DNA of 64,000 nt from Octopus sinensis (lineage: Eukaryota). How positions within the stretch are numbered: position 1 is the stretch's first letter; each line of letters begins with the position of its first letter. Of the stretch, positions 13,465 through 27,520 are shown piece after piece. The notes under the pieces are model-generated. The model saw nothing but the letters and a program-made list of their open reading frames with translations, searched no databases and was not told the origin of the DNA. The stretch lies in the NCBI RefSeq assembly GCF_006345805.1, contig NC_042997.1, positions 24,304,001 to 24,368,000 of the forward strand, in the 5' to 3' direction. The position numbers were made by a program, and so were the translations under genes.

Positions 13465-13875
13465 TACTCTTTTACTCTTTTTACTCTTTTACTTGTTTCA
13501 GTCATTTGACTGCGGCCATGCTGGAGCACCGCCTTTAATCGAGCAACTCGACCCCGGGACTTATTCTTTTTGTAAGCCCAGTACTTATTCTATATTGCCG
13601 AACCGCTAAGTAACGCGGACGTAAACACACCAGCATCGGTTGTCAAGCAATGCTAGGGGGATAAACACAGACACACAAACACACACACGCATATATATAT
13701 ATACATATATACGACGGGCTTCTTTCAGTTTCCGTCTACCAAATCCACTCACAAGGCATTGGTCGGCCCGGGGCTATAGTAGAAGACACTTGCCCAAGAT
13801 GCCACGCAGTGGGACTGAACCCGGAACCATGTGGCTGATAAACAAGCTACTTACTACACAGCCACTCCTGCGCCT
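13465..13875 (-). mobile_element. SINE-B, full length
   Basis: Colinear with 11671-12094. Confidence 0.9.
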
Positions 13876-14821
13876 GTATAAAGTTTACGTACGATACTAG
13901 CTCGATTTTAATTCTATGTATTAAGTATTAAACACATACACACACACACACATGTATACACTTTTCTTTATTCTAAATATATAGGAACATTTCACGCCTT
14001 ATTCTAACCAGAAATTAATTAAAAGTACAATGACATTCGATACCGTTTCTAACTGCACATCACACATAAATACCCATGCACACACATACGCACACACACA
14101 CACGCACACACAGGCATACACACATATCTATGTTTATATAACAAATTTTAATTGGGGGTGGGATTTTTGTTACATGGCAGTATAATTACACAACAGATGT
14201 TGGTTTTAGCTTTACAATGATAAAACTATCCTGCTTGAATGAATGTGCCGGTTAAAAACTTTCAAATGTTACTGAATTCCCCCATCTCATTGTACGAAAT
14301 TATCGCAGTATCGCAACTAGAATCTCTATCTCAATACATTATTCCTTCATACCTAAGTTAAGTATAATTTTTAATTGATAGCTACTTATAATATGCATGT
14401 TGTCCATCAGAAGTGCTTATGAGCGTCTAAATATGATGTAGTTAAAAAAGAGCCAAATAGAAATATTCTTTCCTATCTGGTTCTTTATTTTCTTCATCAT
14501 GTTTCGTTCTACACGTGGAGATTACTTCAAGTAAACGGAAAAATATTTATCATCAATGTAGTACATACATTATAGTAAGCTAACTGGAATCGAACTTTCA
14601 CCCTAAGCTTTGCACTGAACGATATTTGATTACTTGCACATCCAGAACAAAAGAGCAGACACAGTTCTATCTTCCTATGTGGAAGGGCAATTGAACGGAA
14701 TGTCTGTGGCATCTTTTAGCACCATGCAATCATTTCTCACTTTCACAAGGAACACCAAGTCATCTTTCGCATCGGATGCTCCTCCATATCTCGTAGAACT
14801 AATTTCACTATATCACCTTTT

Positions 14822-15219
14822 AGGCGCAGGAGTGGCTGTGTGGTAAGTAGCTTGCTTACCAACCACATGGTTCCTGGTCCAGTTCCACTGCTTGACACCT
14901 TGGGCAAGTGTTTTCTACTATAGCCTCGGGCCGACCAAAGCCGTGTAGGTAGATTTGGTAGATGGAAACTGAAAGAAGCCCGTCGTATATTTGTATATTT
15001 ATATATATGTTTGTGTGTTTATCCCCCTCCCCCAACATCGCTTGACAACCGATTATGGTGTGTTTATATCCTCGTAACTTAGTGGTTCGGCATTAAGAGA
15101 CTGATGGAATAAGTACTAGGCTTACAAAGAATAAGTCCTGGGGCCCATTTGCTCGACTAAAGGCGGTGCTCCAGATTGGCCGCACTCAAATGACTGAAAC
15201 ACATAAAGAGAGTATAAAG
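14822..15219 (+). mobile_element. SINE-B, full length, more diverged
   Basis: Same head, body and tail. Confidence 0.88.
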
Positions 15220-15501
15220 CATCACTTGAACACAATTTTATACCTACACACGTCATAGTTGACATAGGTTAATCCTACAGAGGATATCTTCACGTATGGA
15301 AATATATCACACACATATATCAGCACGTAAGCATATACTAACATTATAAATACTACACAATACAGAGACGTATTCGCATAGTAACTGCTATTGTTATTCA
15401 GACACAATTGCTTGTACGTGCATACACAGATACACATTACTTGCACAAACACACACACACACAAACACATACACACACACACTCACGTATATGTATACAT
15501 A

Positions 15502-15750
15502 TTCTTTAATCCTTTTATTTTCCTTGTCATTTGATAGCAGCCATGCTGGAGCACCGCCTTGAAGTGTTTTTGTCGAAGAATCCCCCGCCTCAAAAAAAAT
15601 TTATTGTTTTAAGACCTAGTACCTTTTCTATCGGTCTCTTTGCCGAACTGCTAAGTTACGGGGACGTAAACACACCTACACCGGTTGTCAGCCGACGATG
15701 GGAGGACAAGCACAGACACAAAGACACACACACACACACACATACACACA
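15502..15750 (-). mobile_element. SINE-B, 3' half only
   Basis: Tail plus body up to the internal (CA)n; head missing. Confidence 0.75.
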
Positions 15751-16046
15751 TATTTATATAACAAAGTTATTTATGGAAAATTGATATATCAATTATTTAT
15801 TCTAACCCATAAAATATAGATATTAATAAATAAAATATCCGACACGTGTTTCAGCTGATTTACTAAGGGCATATGCATTAATAATCATATAATTACGATG
15901 CACTTTTATATAGAATTTTCGAAAGTGGAAACAAAGAAAAGCTGAAGTTGAATGAAGTAAACGAATGCTTGCACACAGACACACATACACACAGACACAC
16001 ACACACACACATACTCACACATATGACCACACTAATATTTGTATGC

Positions 16047-16078
<32 letters not shown>

Positions 16079-16629
16079 TGTGTGTGTGTTTAATACTTAA
16101 TACATAGAATGAAAATCGAGCTAGTATCGTACGTAAACTTTATACACGATACTGGTGAAAACAATCTTGGACGTCTGAGTTATTTTTGAGTATATCTTTA
16201 AGCATCATCATTAAGCCAAACTTGTCTTTCAGACTGCATCGAAATCTTGAAATCTTGAAGTATATCATATCCATCTGCATTGGTATGAGAGGTGATCGGT
16301 TCGGTATGGTCCATTAGCCGTGGGGCAAATGCAGCAACGTTTGGCAGGCTATATATGACAGGACCGGAATAGAGAAAAATAAATAGATGAATTAAATATA
16401 GAACTTCCACTAAATTATAGGAAGCCGTTTAAGAGAAAATACCTTACTGAATGAAGAAATGATGAATAAATAAATAAATAAATAAAATAATATAAAATGA
16501 ATGTGTTAAGTTCATTATGTCTATAGCAGATCTATAAATCTAGCAATTTTTCTGAAGAGATAGGAACAAATTCCCATATATACATAAATACAGATCTAAA
16601 CGCATACATTACAACAACCATAAATCCAT

Positions 16630-16995
16630 TACCACGACCATACATGTATGCACACATAGATACATACATAATACATACATTCATGCATACATGCATACAT
16701 ACTACATACATACGTACATACATACATGCATGCATGCATACATATTACATACATACATAATACATACATACATAATACATACATACATACATACATACAT
16801 ACATACGTACATTCATGCATATATACATACATACATACATACATTCATGCATACATGCTTATATACATACATGAATACATACATACATACATACATACAT
16901 ACGTACATACATACAACACATACATACATACACACATTCATGCATACATGCTTACATACATACATGAATACATACATACATTCATGCATACATGC

Positions 16996-17026
<31 letters not shown>

Positions 17027-17489
17027 CATACATTCATGCATACATGCTTACATACATAAATACATACATACATACATACATACATACATACATACATTCA
17101 TGCATACATACATACATGCATACATGCATGCATGCATACATACATACATACATACATACATACATACATACATGCATACATGCATGCATGCATACATACA
17201 TACATACATACTACATACATACATACATACACACACACATACATACATACATACATACATACACATTCATGCATACATGCTTACATACATACATGAATAC
17301 ATACATGCATACATACATACATACATACATACATACATGCATACATGCATGCATGCATACATACATACATACATACATACATACATACATACATACATAC
17401 ATACATACACACACACATACATACATACATACACACATTCATGCATACATGCTTACATACATACATGAATACATACATGCATACATACA

Positions 17490-17523
<34 letters not shown>

Positions 17524-17588
17524 CATACATACATACATACATACATGCATACATACATACATACATACATACATTCATGCATACATGC

Positions 17589-17619
<31 letters not shown>

Positions 17620-17656
17620 CATACATACATTCATACATACATACATACATACATAT
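16630..17656. repeat. ~1-kb (TACA)n-derived array with higher-order motif
   Basis: CATTCATGCATACATGCTT recurs seven times (16842, 16935, 16979, 17031, 17264, 17436, 17572). Confidence 0.92.
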
Positions 17657-17884
17657 ATTTCTTTACTACCTACAAGGGGCTAAACACAGAAGGGACAAAC
17701 AAGGACAGACGAAGGGATTAAGTCGATTATATCGACCCCAGTGTGTAACTGGTACTTAATTTATCGACCCCGAGGATGAAAGGTAAAGTCGACATCGGCG
17801 GAATTTGAACTCGGAACGTAACGACAAACGAAATACGGCTACGCATTTCGCCCGGCGTGCTAACGTTTCTGCCAGCTCCCCGCC

Positions 17885-17887
<3 letters not shown>
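17657..17887 (-). mobile_element. SINE-A monomer inserted in the (TACA)n array
   Basis: Full head to ..GTAGTAAAGAAATA tail; TACA repeats on both sides. Confidence 0.9.
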
Positions 17888-17915
<28 letters not shown>

Positions 17916-18799
17916 ACATACATAGAAAAGTACGTATGTACATGCATGCATGCCAAGAGAGATGGATGAAGAGCTAGATTATAAGATAGAAAGAGAAATT
18001 ACGAAAAAAAAAATACCCAGCGCGCCAACAATCATTTTCTCGTATGTGTGTGTGCGTGCGCAGTGTGTGTGAATGAATTTATTTTCATCTTTTGTCTTTC
18101 TGTCATTTATAGCTCTCATTCTTACAAACAATGACACAAGCGACCAATTATGCACCTCCCTCCTTCTTCCCTCCCTACCAACCTGTCTGCCTGTCTGTCT
18201 GTCTGTCATCCTGTCTGTCTATTCGCAACAATTATATTTTGAATAAGAGATACGACTATCTTTCACACATTTTGTATGAGCGTATACAGTACATTGTAAG
18301 GCGAATTAACTGTCCAAAGCATTAACAGAACCACATAATTAATATACTATGAAAATATGCATAACATTCAATAAGTTTAGCATATACTAAGATTTACGTC
18401 TGCAATTACAACCATGCCTGCACCCATGTATGCGTCTGTATATGCATGTATGTATACATGCATAACTGTATATAGGCATACATATGCACATGCATGTATA
18501 TATATATGAACATGCTAACAAAACAACACCGTTCATATTAAAACTCCGATAAAAAGCCTTGTTTGTTGGCTAGAAATCGGCTGCCTCTCCCGTGAATAAG
18601 AAATTCGAAAGCTTAAAACAGGAAAGCATACGCACGAAGATATACATGCATGAATGCATACATACATACATACATAAATACATGCATACTTACATTAATG
18701 AATGTATGCATACATACATACACGTGGCCAAGAATAAGACCGCTGACTCGGCAGAAAACTATAGGTTGCCTGCATATTATGTACAAACTACAGACAAGC

Positions 18800-21110
18800 A
18801 GTCTCAACTCCAGCACTATTGTGTATCTTATAACACAGTGACTGAGGAGCAGGTAGGTGGAAAGAAGAAGATTGAGTGAGGATGTGCTGAGCTACTTTAA
18901 ACAAAGCTGTACCGTCTGAAGCCGCAGAAGTTTTGCCACTGTATGGCTTTATTATATTAAAGCGTTCGACCCTAATCCCTACTCTTGGCTGGTGAAGTGT
19001 CAACATTTGAAAAAATTGCTTATTAGCCTAGTTTCTGTAAGAGAGACTCACAAAGACCTGGGCAACATTTCTCACGCTTACAACTGAGAGCGGAAAGTAT
19101 GTCGCCAATGTTACAGAATATTTCAAATGGAATAATCCAAGGAGATAATCGTTTCTTAAATCTTTTCATTTTAACATTAAATTCATTATCATTTCAGCCA
19201 CAAAAACAAAAGGCTCCATTCTAGGTTCTGCACCTCCTAGAGATACTAATAATTTTTTCGTGGATGACCTGAAGGTTTATGCTAAAAATGTTATGTAAAC
19301 GTACCAAAAAAACAAAAAAAAAAACAGCTGAAGCTAACAATAACATTTTCAGCTGACATAGGAATTGAATTAGGCCATAGCAAATGTTCATACTTGACAG
19401 TTGAACATAGAAAATCAGTCTTCGAAATCCGAAACCTGTGCATCAATGGTTTGATTATCTCTTATTCCACAAAAAGAATGCCTAGAAATTCAAGAAATTC
19501 AAGAAAACATATACGAAAGTAGTCAAAAAAGGTGGAGTGACTCGAGAATATCATATGAAGGCTAGAAAAATATGTTGTAAGAGTTCTTACAAGAAATATC
19601 CCACAATGCATTTGCAGTACCAGTGCTGGTTCCAACATTTCGGATGCATGACTGTTCTATAGAAGAAATTCACTCCATAAACATTAATGCGCGCAAGATG
19701 CTGACACCGAGTGGAAAAATTCACAGAAAGTGATATCGACAAGCACTACCCAAGGAGAGCTAAAGGAGCTTGAGGTTTGAGACCTTTGCACACAGCTTTC
19801 TAATGTCATTCAGTCACTCTCAGAAAGTACCCTCTAAACAAGAGCAAAGATAAATGTGTAAACTTAGTGCTGAAAAGCAAAGAGAGCAGCAACCTACGTT
19901 ATCCTCAGTAAGCATTCTCTTCTCAGTAGTCTTGCATACAAGCTCAAAACAGTCAAACTATCATACATTAAAGATACTCAGCATATCCCCTTCAAAAATC
20001 TCTATGCATGGATCTTGAACAAGACAGTAATATCGACATGAAATGCAGCCTCTTTTAGACTCGTGACTGCTACTTCGCATCACACTCCGAAGGCTATGAA
20101 TTTGCAATTCAAGAATAGGAGACTATGGAATACTTAATAAACAAAAGAGAAAAGAAAGTCTTTGGAGCCCCACGTTGCAACCGAAAATGTAGATTATCTC
20201 GTACCTCTCTGGAATACATTCCACAGGTGATTGACTGCCGCCCAAAAATGTCATCAAGGTACTACCTTCTTATGTGACTCGACAAGACAATATACAATCC
20301 CATTCTAAAAACAAAAAAAATGACTGTCCTGGAATAAATATTGAGAATCCCCCTGTTATTTGGATGGAAGCACTCCGTCGGTTACGACGACGAGGGTTCC
20401 TGTTGATCCGAATCAACGGAACAGCCTGCTCGTGAAATTAACGTGTAAGTGGCTGAACACTCCACAAACACGTGTACCCTTAACGTAGTTCTCGGGGATA
20501 TTCAGCGTGACACAGAGAGTGACAAGGCCGGCCCTTTGAAATACAGGTACAACAGAAACAGGAAGTAAGAGTGAGAGAAAGTTGTGGTGAAAGAGTACAG
20601 CAGAGATCACCACCATCCCCTGCCGGAGCCTCGTGGAGCTTTAGGTGTTTTCGCTCAATAAACACTCACAACGCCCGGTCTGGGAATCGAAACCGCAATC
20701 CTATGACCGCGAGTCCGCTGCCCTAACCACTGGGCCATTGCACCTCCACCCCCCCCTGTTATTTAATACATACGCAAATACCAAGAAAAAAAGAACATTG
20801 GTAGACCATGCCGATATATAATTCTTTTGTTTGGGGACAAAAAAGAAAACGTGTGTATCATGGTGTGAATATCACTTCGAAAATGGAAGAGAAAAATATA
20901 ATCTACAAGCAACTGCTTCGAAACCAAGATTATACATTCACCTTTATACCAGTAATAATCGGTGCCTAAGGGATGAGTTAGGATTCTGCCCCCACCCAAG
21001 AAATCAAACAGCTAATTCTCACATTACAACTACAATCTGTAATTTAAAAAAATTAAAAAAGATAAAAATTGGCAAGAGTTTTCTCAGGTGTAAATTGTGA
21101 ATTTGTTTTT
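18800..21110 (+). mobile_element. Decayed R4/Dong-like (REL-endonuclease) non-LTR retrotransposon, split by a SINE-C
   Basis: In order: ATVWLYYIKAFDPNPYSWLVKC (18935-19000), NGIIQGD (19126-19146), FVDDLKVYAKN (19257-19289), NAFAVPVL..SDIDKHYPRRAKGA*GL, degenerate knuckle KCRLSRTSLEYIPQVIDCRPKMSSRYYL (~20185-20270), then after the SINE YKQLLRNQDYTFTFIPVIIGA*G. Confidence 0.8.
20361..20747 (-). mobile_element. SINE-C, tail type 1
   Basis: tRNA head GGAGGTGCAATGGCCCAGTGGTTAGGGCAGCGG..GTTTCGATTCCC; TSD CCCCCTGTTATT at 20349-20360 and 20752-20763. Confidence 0.92.
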
Positions 21111-21666
21111 CTTATCGACATTCCAACAACAAAGATTTGTATCTTTGCTAGAAACCAATCCCTTCCTAAGAGGACGATTTCAAATTAATAAAACTGAGAA
21201 CATATATATGCATACATACATACTGAGATATATATGCATACATATATATACACATACATGAATACATAAATAATCTGTAGCTGTATGATAATGAAATTTG
21301 GTGACTCTGTACTTATTTACTAGTAAACCCTGGAAAACCCTGGTGAAATTTTAAATTCATTTTAAAACATTTAACATTGTTGTATAAGATCCACCTATAG
21401 AGTTTTATTTCATATTTGTATAAAGCAGCTTCGTACTTGAAGGAAGTGAAATATTTAACAAAAGAAAGATAGGTTCGAGTTAAGCAATGAAGGGCAAGGG
21501 ACTAAGGTGCCATTGACATTCGCATGTTTTTCCAAACTAATAAGATGGATTTGGTGCATGTTCCGCATGAATATGTGTTTCTTTCCTTCTTTCTTTCTTT
21601 CTTTGTTTGTGAAACGTGAATACGCAGAAAGATAATAAATATATCAGTTATGGAAAGAAACATCGT

Positions 21667-21898
21667 ATAAGGCGGCGAGCTAGCAGAAACGTTAGCACGC
21701 CGGACGAAATGCTTTGTGGTATTTCGTCCGCCGCTGCGTTCTGAGTTCAAATTCCGCCGAAGTCGACATTTTTTCATCCTTTCCGGGTCGATAAATTAAG
21801 TACCAGTTACGCACTGGGGTCGATTTAATCGACTTAATCCCTTTGTCTGTCCTTGTTTGTCCCCTCTATGTTTAGCCCCTTGTGGGCAATAAAGAAAT
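21667..21898 (+). mobile_element. SINE-A monomer
   Basis: Full length; TSD AAGAAACATCGT at 21655-21666 and 21899-21910. Confidence 0.92.
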
Positions 21899-22739
21899 AA
21901 GAAACATCGTCGTTATTTACCTAAAAATATACTCTGTATTTATGAACCGAATATCTATTATTCGGATCATAATTCGTGAATGTTTAAATAAGACAGCAGG
22001 ACAAACAAGAAAACAACAACCGGCGAGAATATATTTACATCCAAAAGGATTAAGGTAAAAGGAAAAAAAAAACAAGAGAACAACAATATTAAACCTTCAC
22101 CAGTAACATCATCGTTATTGACATCGTCATCATTATCATCAGCAGCATTAGTATCAATAGTTAAACATAACTAAGACCTAGTAGAATGAATCCTGTTTCT
22201 GACTTTGTGGAGATACAAAACGCCCCCCGTCCAATGGACGGTGTTGTGTTGTCAAACATTTAAACCAAATTTTCTGAAAACAACTTGTCCGACCGACCCA
22301 TAGACCTCCCCTTTGAGAAATGCTGATTTAACCAAAATTTGAGACACCAGCAAAAGAAGAACGATTTTATTCACACAAATATACAACCGAAGAGTTTAAA
22401 GTACCAGTAATAATAAAGCTGTTGACTGGGAGAACACAAACATGGTTTAAATAGTAAGCCTGGCAGGAAATAAACGTGCCTTTAAGTAGTACAAAAACAA
22501 CAAAAAATGGAAGGTGCAGTTATGTACAGGTTGGCGGAAGAAAAGCAGGACAAAAACGATGCATGCAAATGGGTTAGCTGGAGGTAAATCTAGATGGAAA
22601 AGCATGATGAATTTATGAGAACGTACCTGGGACAATAATAAGTTTATCCGGTAAAACATGTAGGAAATCAACAAGGAGCGATTTTTGATGAAAAGCAACG
22701 ACCTAGGGAACTAAGTAACTAATTTTAAGCTAACTTAAT

Positions 22740-22990
22740 TTACGGGATGTTCAAGGGCATGGAAAAGCTAGTGGCAACAGCTGATGTACTTGTGCGTACA
22801 AATGCACGTTTCCACGGCTTTATCGATGGCATTCTCACCTGGAATCGATTTTTGTAATTTCAAGACTTATACACACCCTGATACCGTCGGTATCTACATT
22901 TCAAATTTGAGCGCAATCGGATGGAGGATGCCCGAGATCCTAGAAGACACACAGACAGACAGACAGAACGGATTTTCTATAATAGATTAT
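22740..22990 (+). mobile_element. Possible non-autonomous Helitron-like fragment
   Basis: CAAATTTGAGCGCAATCGG..(CAGA)n..TTTTCTATAATAGAT resembles the end of non-autonomous Helitron-type repeats; no clear terminal CTAG. Confidence 0.3.
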
Positions 22991-23520
22991 ACTTTGGAAT
23001 GATTCATCAACAATATGAACTGCAGCAGTGTAATTTCTGAGCATTCAAAATTCTTAATTGTATCTCGTCTAAAAGTAGACAAGGCACTCGTATAATATTT
23101 AATTAATCTATTACGGAATTATGTATAACATATTATATAATTAATCTAAATAATTGTTTTCAATTCATAAAGTGTCTATTATATAATTATAATTTTAACT
23201 TATTCTATAATATAATCATATATAACAATATTTCATTAGAATATATGATAAAATATTAGTATATAACATACAATATCAGTTTAAATAATTATGAATATCT
23301 TTGTTTAGATTGAGACCTGATACATAATAAAATTTGTAATTAAATTGTGAAATAATTATGTATAATAAATAATTCACGTCCAAATTATTTAGCCTGTTTA
23401 ATTTGTGATTTTATATCCAGCATAATTTGCCTTATATATTGAATCACTATCAGCGACTAAATTATTAAAGGTGAAGTGCCCTTGAGTCATTCAGAGTATA
23501 ACAAGCCACTAAAATATAGA

Positions 23521-23835
23521 GAGGAGGCGCAATCGCCCAGTGGTTAGGGCAGCGGACTCGCGGTCGAAGGATCGCAGTTTCGATTCTCAGACAGGGCGTT
23601 GTGTGTGTTTATTGAGCGAAAACACCTAAAGCTCCACGAGGTTCCGGCAGGGGGTGGTGGCGACCCTCGTTGTACTCTTTCGCCCCAACTTTCTCTCAAT
23701 CTTTCTTTCTGTTTGTGGAGTAACGCTGCGGTGGACTGGCGTCCCGTCCAGCTGGGTGGAACACATACGCCACAGAAACCGGGAAACCGGGCCCATGAGT
23801 CTGGCTAGGCTTGGAAAGGGCACATAAAAATAAAA
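23521..23835 (+). mobile_element. SINE-C, tail type 2
   Basis: Same head and body as 20361-20747 to about CTTTCTCTCA, then GCGGTGGACTGGCGTCCCGTCCAG..CAGAAACCGGGAAACCGGGCCC; TSD AAAATATAGA at 23511-23520 and 23836-23845. Confidence 0.88.
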
Positions 23836-24017
23836 AAAATATAGATAAAATGTATGAAAGCAACATATTAGGAGCACACTGGTTGTAATTCATATATATA
23901 TATATGTACACACAAACACACATATGTATGTATATTATGTATATTTTTCTATCTAAAAATTTAATCTAATTTTTAATCCTAATAAAGTGTGCACGTTGTT
24001 GTTGTTATCATTATTAC

Positions 24018-24060
<43 letters not shown>

Positions 24061-24419
24061 CATGTTAATGCTGATATACTTGTTAATGTCTTTGACACCA
24101 CGCTATTATTATAATGTGTATGTCAAATGTATTTATCTCTTTTATATTAATCGATATTCTTTATGTATGTATCCTTTATTTATTTTCAGGTCGAGTTCAT
24201 TTTAAATTAATCCTCCTATCTTGTTTCATCAGATATATTAAGAAGCCAAATCATCTGTTTTCAAACAGTCGCTAGGTTACGACACCGGTTCCTCCCACTG
24301 TCAGATTTTATTTAAGTTTTCACAATTTCATCCAATCAACAGCTATTCATAATTCCATTTCTTAGAAATTTCAATTGCTTTTTAGCAAAGATTAAAACAG
24401 ACACTTCTCTAAGCATATT

Positions 24420-24431
24420 ACGTTATATATA

Positions 24432-24465
<34 letters not shown>

Positions 24466-24638
24466 TAGTCGCTTGTTATATATATATGAGATGAAACTAC
24501 AAAAAACGATATACATATACATATATATACATATGCATATATATATGTATATATATATACATATATACATATAAACATACCTATACGCATGCTTGTACAC
24601 ACAGACACACACACATACACACACACATATATACATAC

Positions 24639-24674
<36 letters not shown>

Positions 24675-24682
24675 GCATATAT

Positions 24683-24754
<72 letters not shown>

Positions 24755-24757
24755 ATC
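24420..24757. repeat. (TA)n/(CA)n compound microsatellite
   Basis: Directly visible. Confidence 0.95.
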
Positions 24758-25087
24758 GGAAAGGGGTCGGTGAATCTGGTGGTAGGGAGGGCACAAAATG
24801 TATTAAACAAAAGTGTGCAAAACCGACGAAATATCCTTAAAATTCATCCGATAATTTAATACAAGCGTAATCGTGTTCTATTTATTCTATTTTTTTTTTA
24901 ACTTTTATTTTACATATATACATTATATTTTCTTATTTCATTTCTTGGTTTTAAATCCAATTTAATCTGTGTAATTCATGTCAAGAGAGGATAAATTCTT
25001 TTCCTCGACTTTTATTTTGGTGTCAGTCTGCAGGCTTTTAATATCTTCGCAATAAGCTTACAATTTCTTTGCGCAATAATAATGATG

Positions 25088-25144
<57 letters not shown>

Positions 25145-25656
25145 TTAATAATAAAACTTAGTTCAAAAAGATAAAAATATTATTTTTACAATGGTACGCA
25201 TTCTATAGAGTTAGAGTATGAAGAATCCTATTATCCGGATATCTCACGTGTAAAATTAGATAACATCCTAGAATATTTTAATTCACTTCAGGAATCGTAC
25301 AAACTGGCGATTTGCTTCAATGAATTTCAAATGCAAACTGATTCAAATCTGTTTTTGAGAGAAAGAAAGCAACAGTAAGAAGAACAATGACAACAACAAA
25401 AACAACAACACCGACAACGACAACGACGACGACAGCTACAACAACAAAAATATAGCAATGACAAAAAGTAACAACAACAATAGAAGCAACAACGACAAGA
25501 ACAGTAATTGTCTGTCACTTTTGGATTTGTTTCTTTTTTTACATTTCTTTTATCGTACACAGATATACTCGCTCAAAAGTGTATGCATATCACATAAACA
25601 AACGCACGCTCACATCGTAGTCGCATATACATTTGCTGATACATGTCTGATGACAC

Positions 25657-25707
<51 letters not shown>

Positions 25708-25799
25708 CACACACACAATGTATACAAAAATACATTAATTTATCTACCTCTGTATGTAAGAATATGTGTGCATATGTGACTGTATACAATAAATATTCC

Positions 25800-25828
25800 T
25801 ACTACTACTACTACTACTACTACTACTC

Positions 25829-25889
<61 letters not shown>

Positions 25890-25906
25890 CACTACTACTA
25901 CTACTA
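25800..25906. repeat. (TAC)n microsatellite
   Basis: Directly visible; gives the poly-Tyr and poly-Ser ORFs. Confidence 0.97.
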
Positions 25907-25909
25907 ATA

Positions 25910-26296
25910 ATAATATGGGCTACAGCAAATATTCTGCTCAATACCACAGATTTGCTTGTCAGTTGCTTGACCTTAACCAGTTGACCATGTCCCTTGGTGG
26001 CTGACGATATGTGCATCTCTGATCACGAGCAGAAGTAGTGGGGGAGCATCATAGCCATGTGTTGTGAGGGATTCTTTGGGGTTTGAATAATTCACCTCGG
26101 GGAAACATGCGTGTTTCAGTCAACATCCTTAAACAATCCTTATTCAGGGACCTTTTGAACAGGATGGGTTACTTGACAAGAAGAAAATTCTAATTGGGCC
26201 CCACCTGCAAGTTCATGTGCTGTTTATCTTGATATGAGATCACTATGTTGCGCACATATGGTTGTGATGCATGTACCTAGTGTACCCTTATCAGAC
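25910..26296. repeat. Probable unclassified interspersed repeat
   Basis: More GC-rich block abutting the (TAC)n tract and truncating the adjacent mariner; only one copy in window, so repetitiveness is recalled, not shown. Confidence 0.35.
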
Positions 26297-26839
26297 GGAA
26301 TGCTTGAACGACGCGGGCGAAATGAGCGGATGCGAGGTCACGGTTGAGTTGTCAGTTCTTTGCTGTCCACCAAGTCGGGTCGTTTTTACCGTAAAACTTC
26401 AAGAAATCGACGAAGAATCCCCAGATAGTATTCTTTGTTAATTGTCTGACCACAGTGTGACTCACTGTCCACCGAGGAGATGCCATATTTGAACCGGTTG
26501 TACTACTCTTTTATTTGTATTTTTCCCATAGTATCAGCTCCAAAGTCCTTCTGAATCTTCTCCATAGTCTGGGCTTGCGTATCACCAAGATTTTGGAAGA
26601 ATTTTATATGGTATCTTTGCTCAATGCATTGCGTCCTCTTGAGTGAAAAAAAAAATTCGCACACTCTTCACATATGTACTCTAAGCGTCACTGCAAGCGA
26701 ATGGCATAACCTACTGACAAAAGTTTTTGTGCATGCTCAGGAAGGAAGTGGTCACCTAATAGCCATGCGGATTTTGCTCACGCCGTATTATTTTGTGTAA
26801 AAAAAAAATCAAGGCCGGATACATTTTGAATTCATCCCG
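26297..26839 (-). mobile_element. Internally deleted mariner (different family), 3' end lost
   Basis: TA at 26840-26841 then CGGGATGAATTCAAAATGTATCCGG; frames IEQRYHIKFFQNLGDTQAQTMEKIQKDFGADTMGKIQIKE*YNRFKYG and GQTINKEYYLGILRR..WTAKN*QLNRDLASAH (HDNAPAH-like). Confidence 0.85.
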
Positions 26840-26959
26840 TAATACTGTATTTTCTTGTCTTTGCGTTAGGGAGTAACGTTTTAAAATGTTTAGCCTTTCT
26901 GTTGCATTGAGTCTATTGTTTTCGTGTAGCAGCGTTGCTTACTAACGATTCTCCTGACT

Positions 26960-27520
26960 CACGGCTATCGTAGTAATATGCACAACAAAAGAAGTACCAT
27001 TATTCATGTTAATGCCTATGTCACGGGCTGATTATGATTCTGTGACTGTAATCCCTTCTGGTCCGATGTATTTTGTATGCATTGCATTTAATCTTTTTTG
27101 CCGATTCAAGATTGCTCAGCATTTTTCAGCTTTACATTGTATACTATTTTCTTTGACCACCCTTATATAAAACATTTCAGAAATGTTATAGGTGTGTAGC
27201 ATCTCCATGGTTCTTTATTACCTGTAATATTTTTGCAACGTCTGAAGGACCGAGGACGGCTACTTGTATAGCTGACAGCAGGCCTGAGAGAGCTGTCATG
27301 AACAGCTGTCGGCCCATAAGATTTTTCTGTGTGGCACTAATATCGGTTTGTGCTGGGAGACGGCCCTATGGGCTACTACTGTTTGACATGTGTCTTTTAA
27401 AATGTCAGGTAACAACTCCTCCAGATTTCTGACTATGCCAAGATCATGCAGTTTGTAAGATATCATTCCATGATCGACTTTATCCAAGGGTTTCACAAAG
27501 TGGGGATACATCATCCTCGT
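26960..27520 (-). mobile_element. CR1/L2-group LINE reverse transcriptase fragment
   Basis: ORF 27296-27556 KPLDKVDHGMISYKLHDLGI (AFDKVDH-like); downstream KYIGPEGITVTES*SARDIGINMN. Confidence 0.75.

Larger units (their letters stand above)
13875..16146. repeat. 2.27-kb segment bounded by 62-bp inverted repeats
   Basis: 13875-13936 versus reverse complement of 16085-16146: 61/62 identical. Confidence 0.85.
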
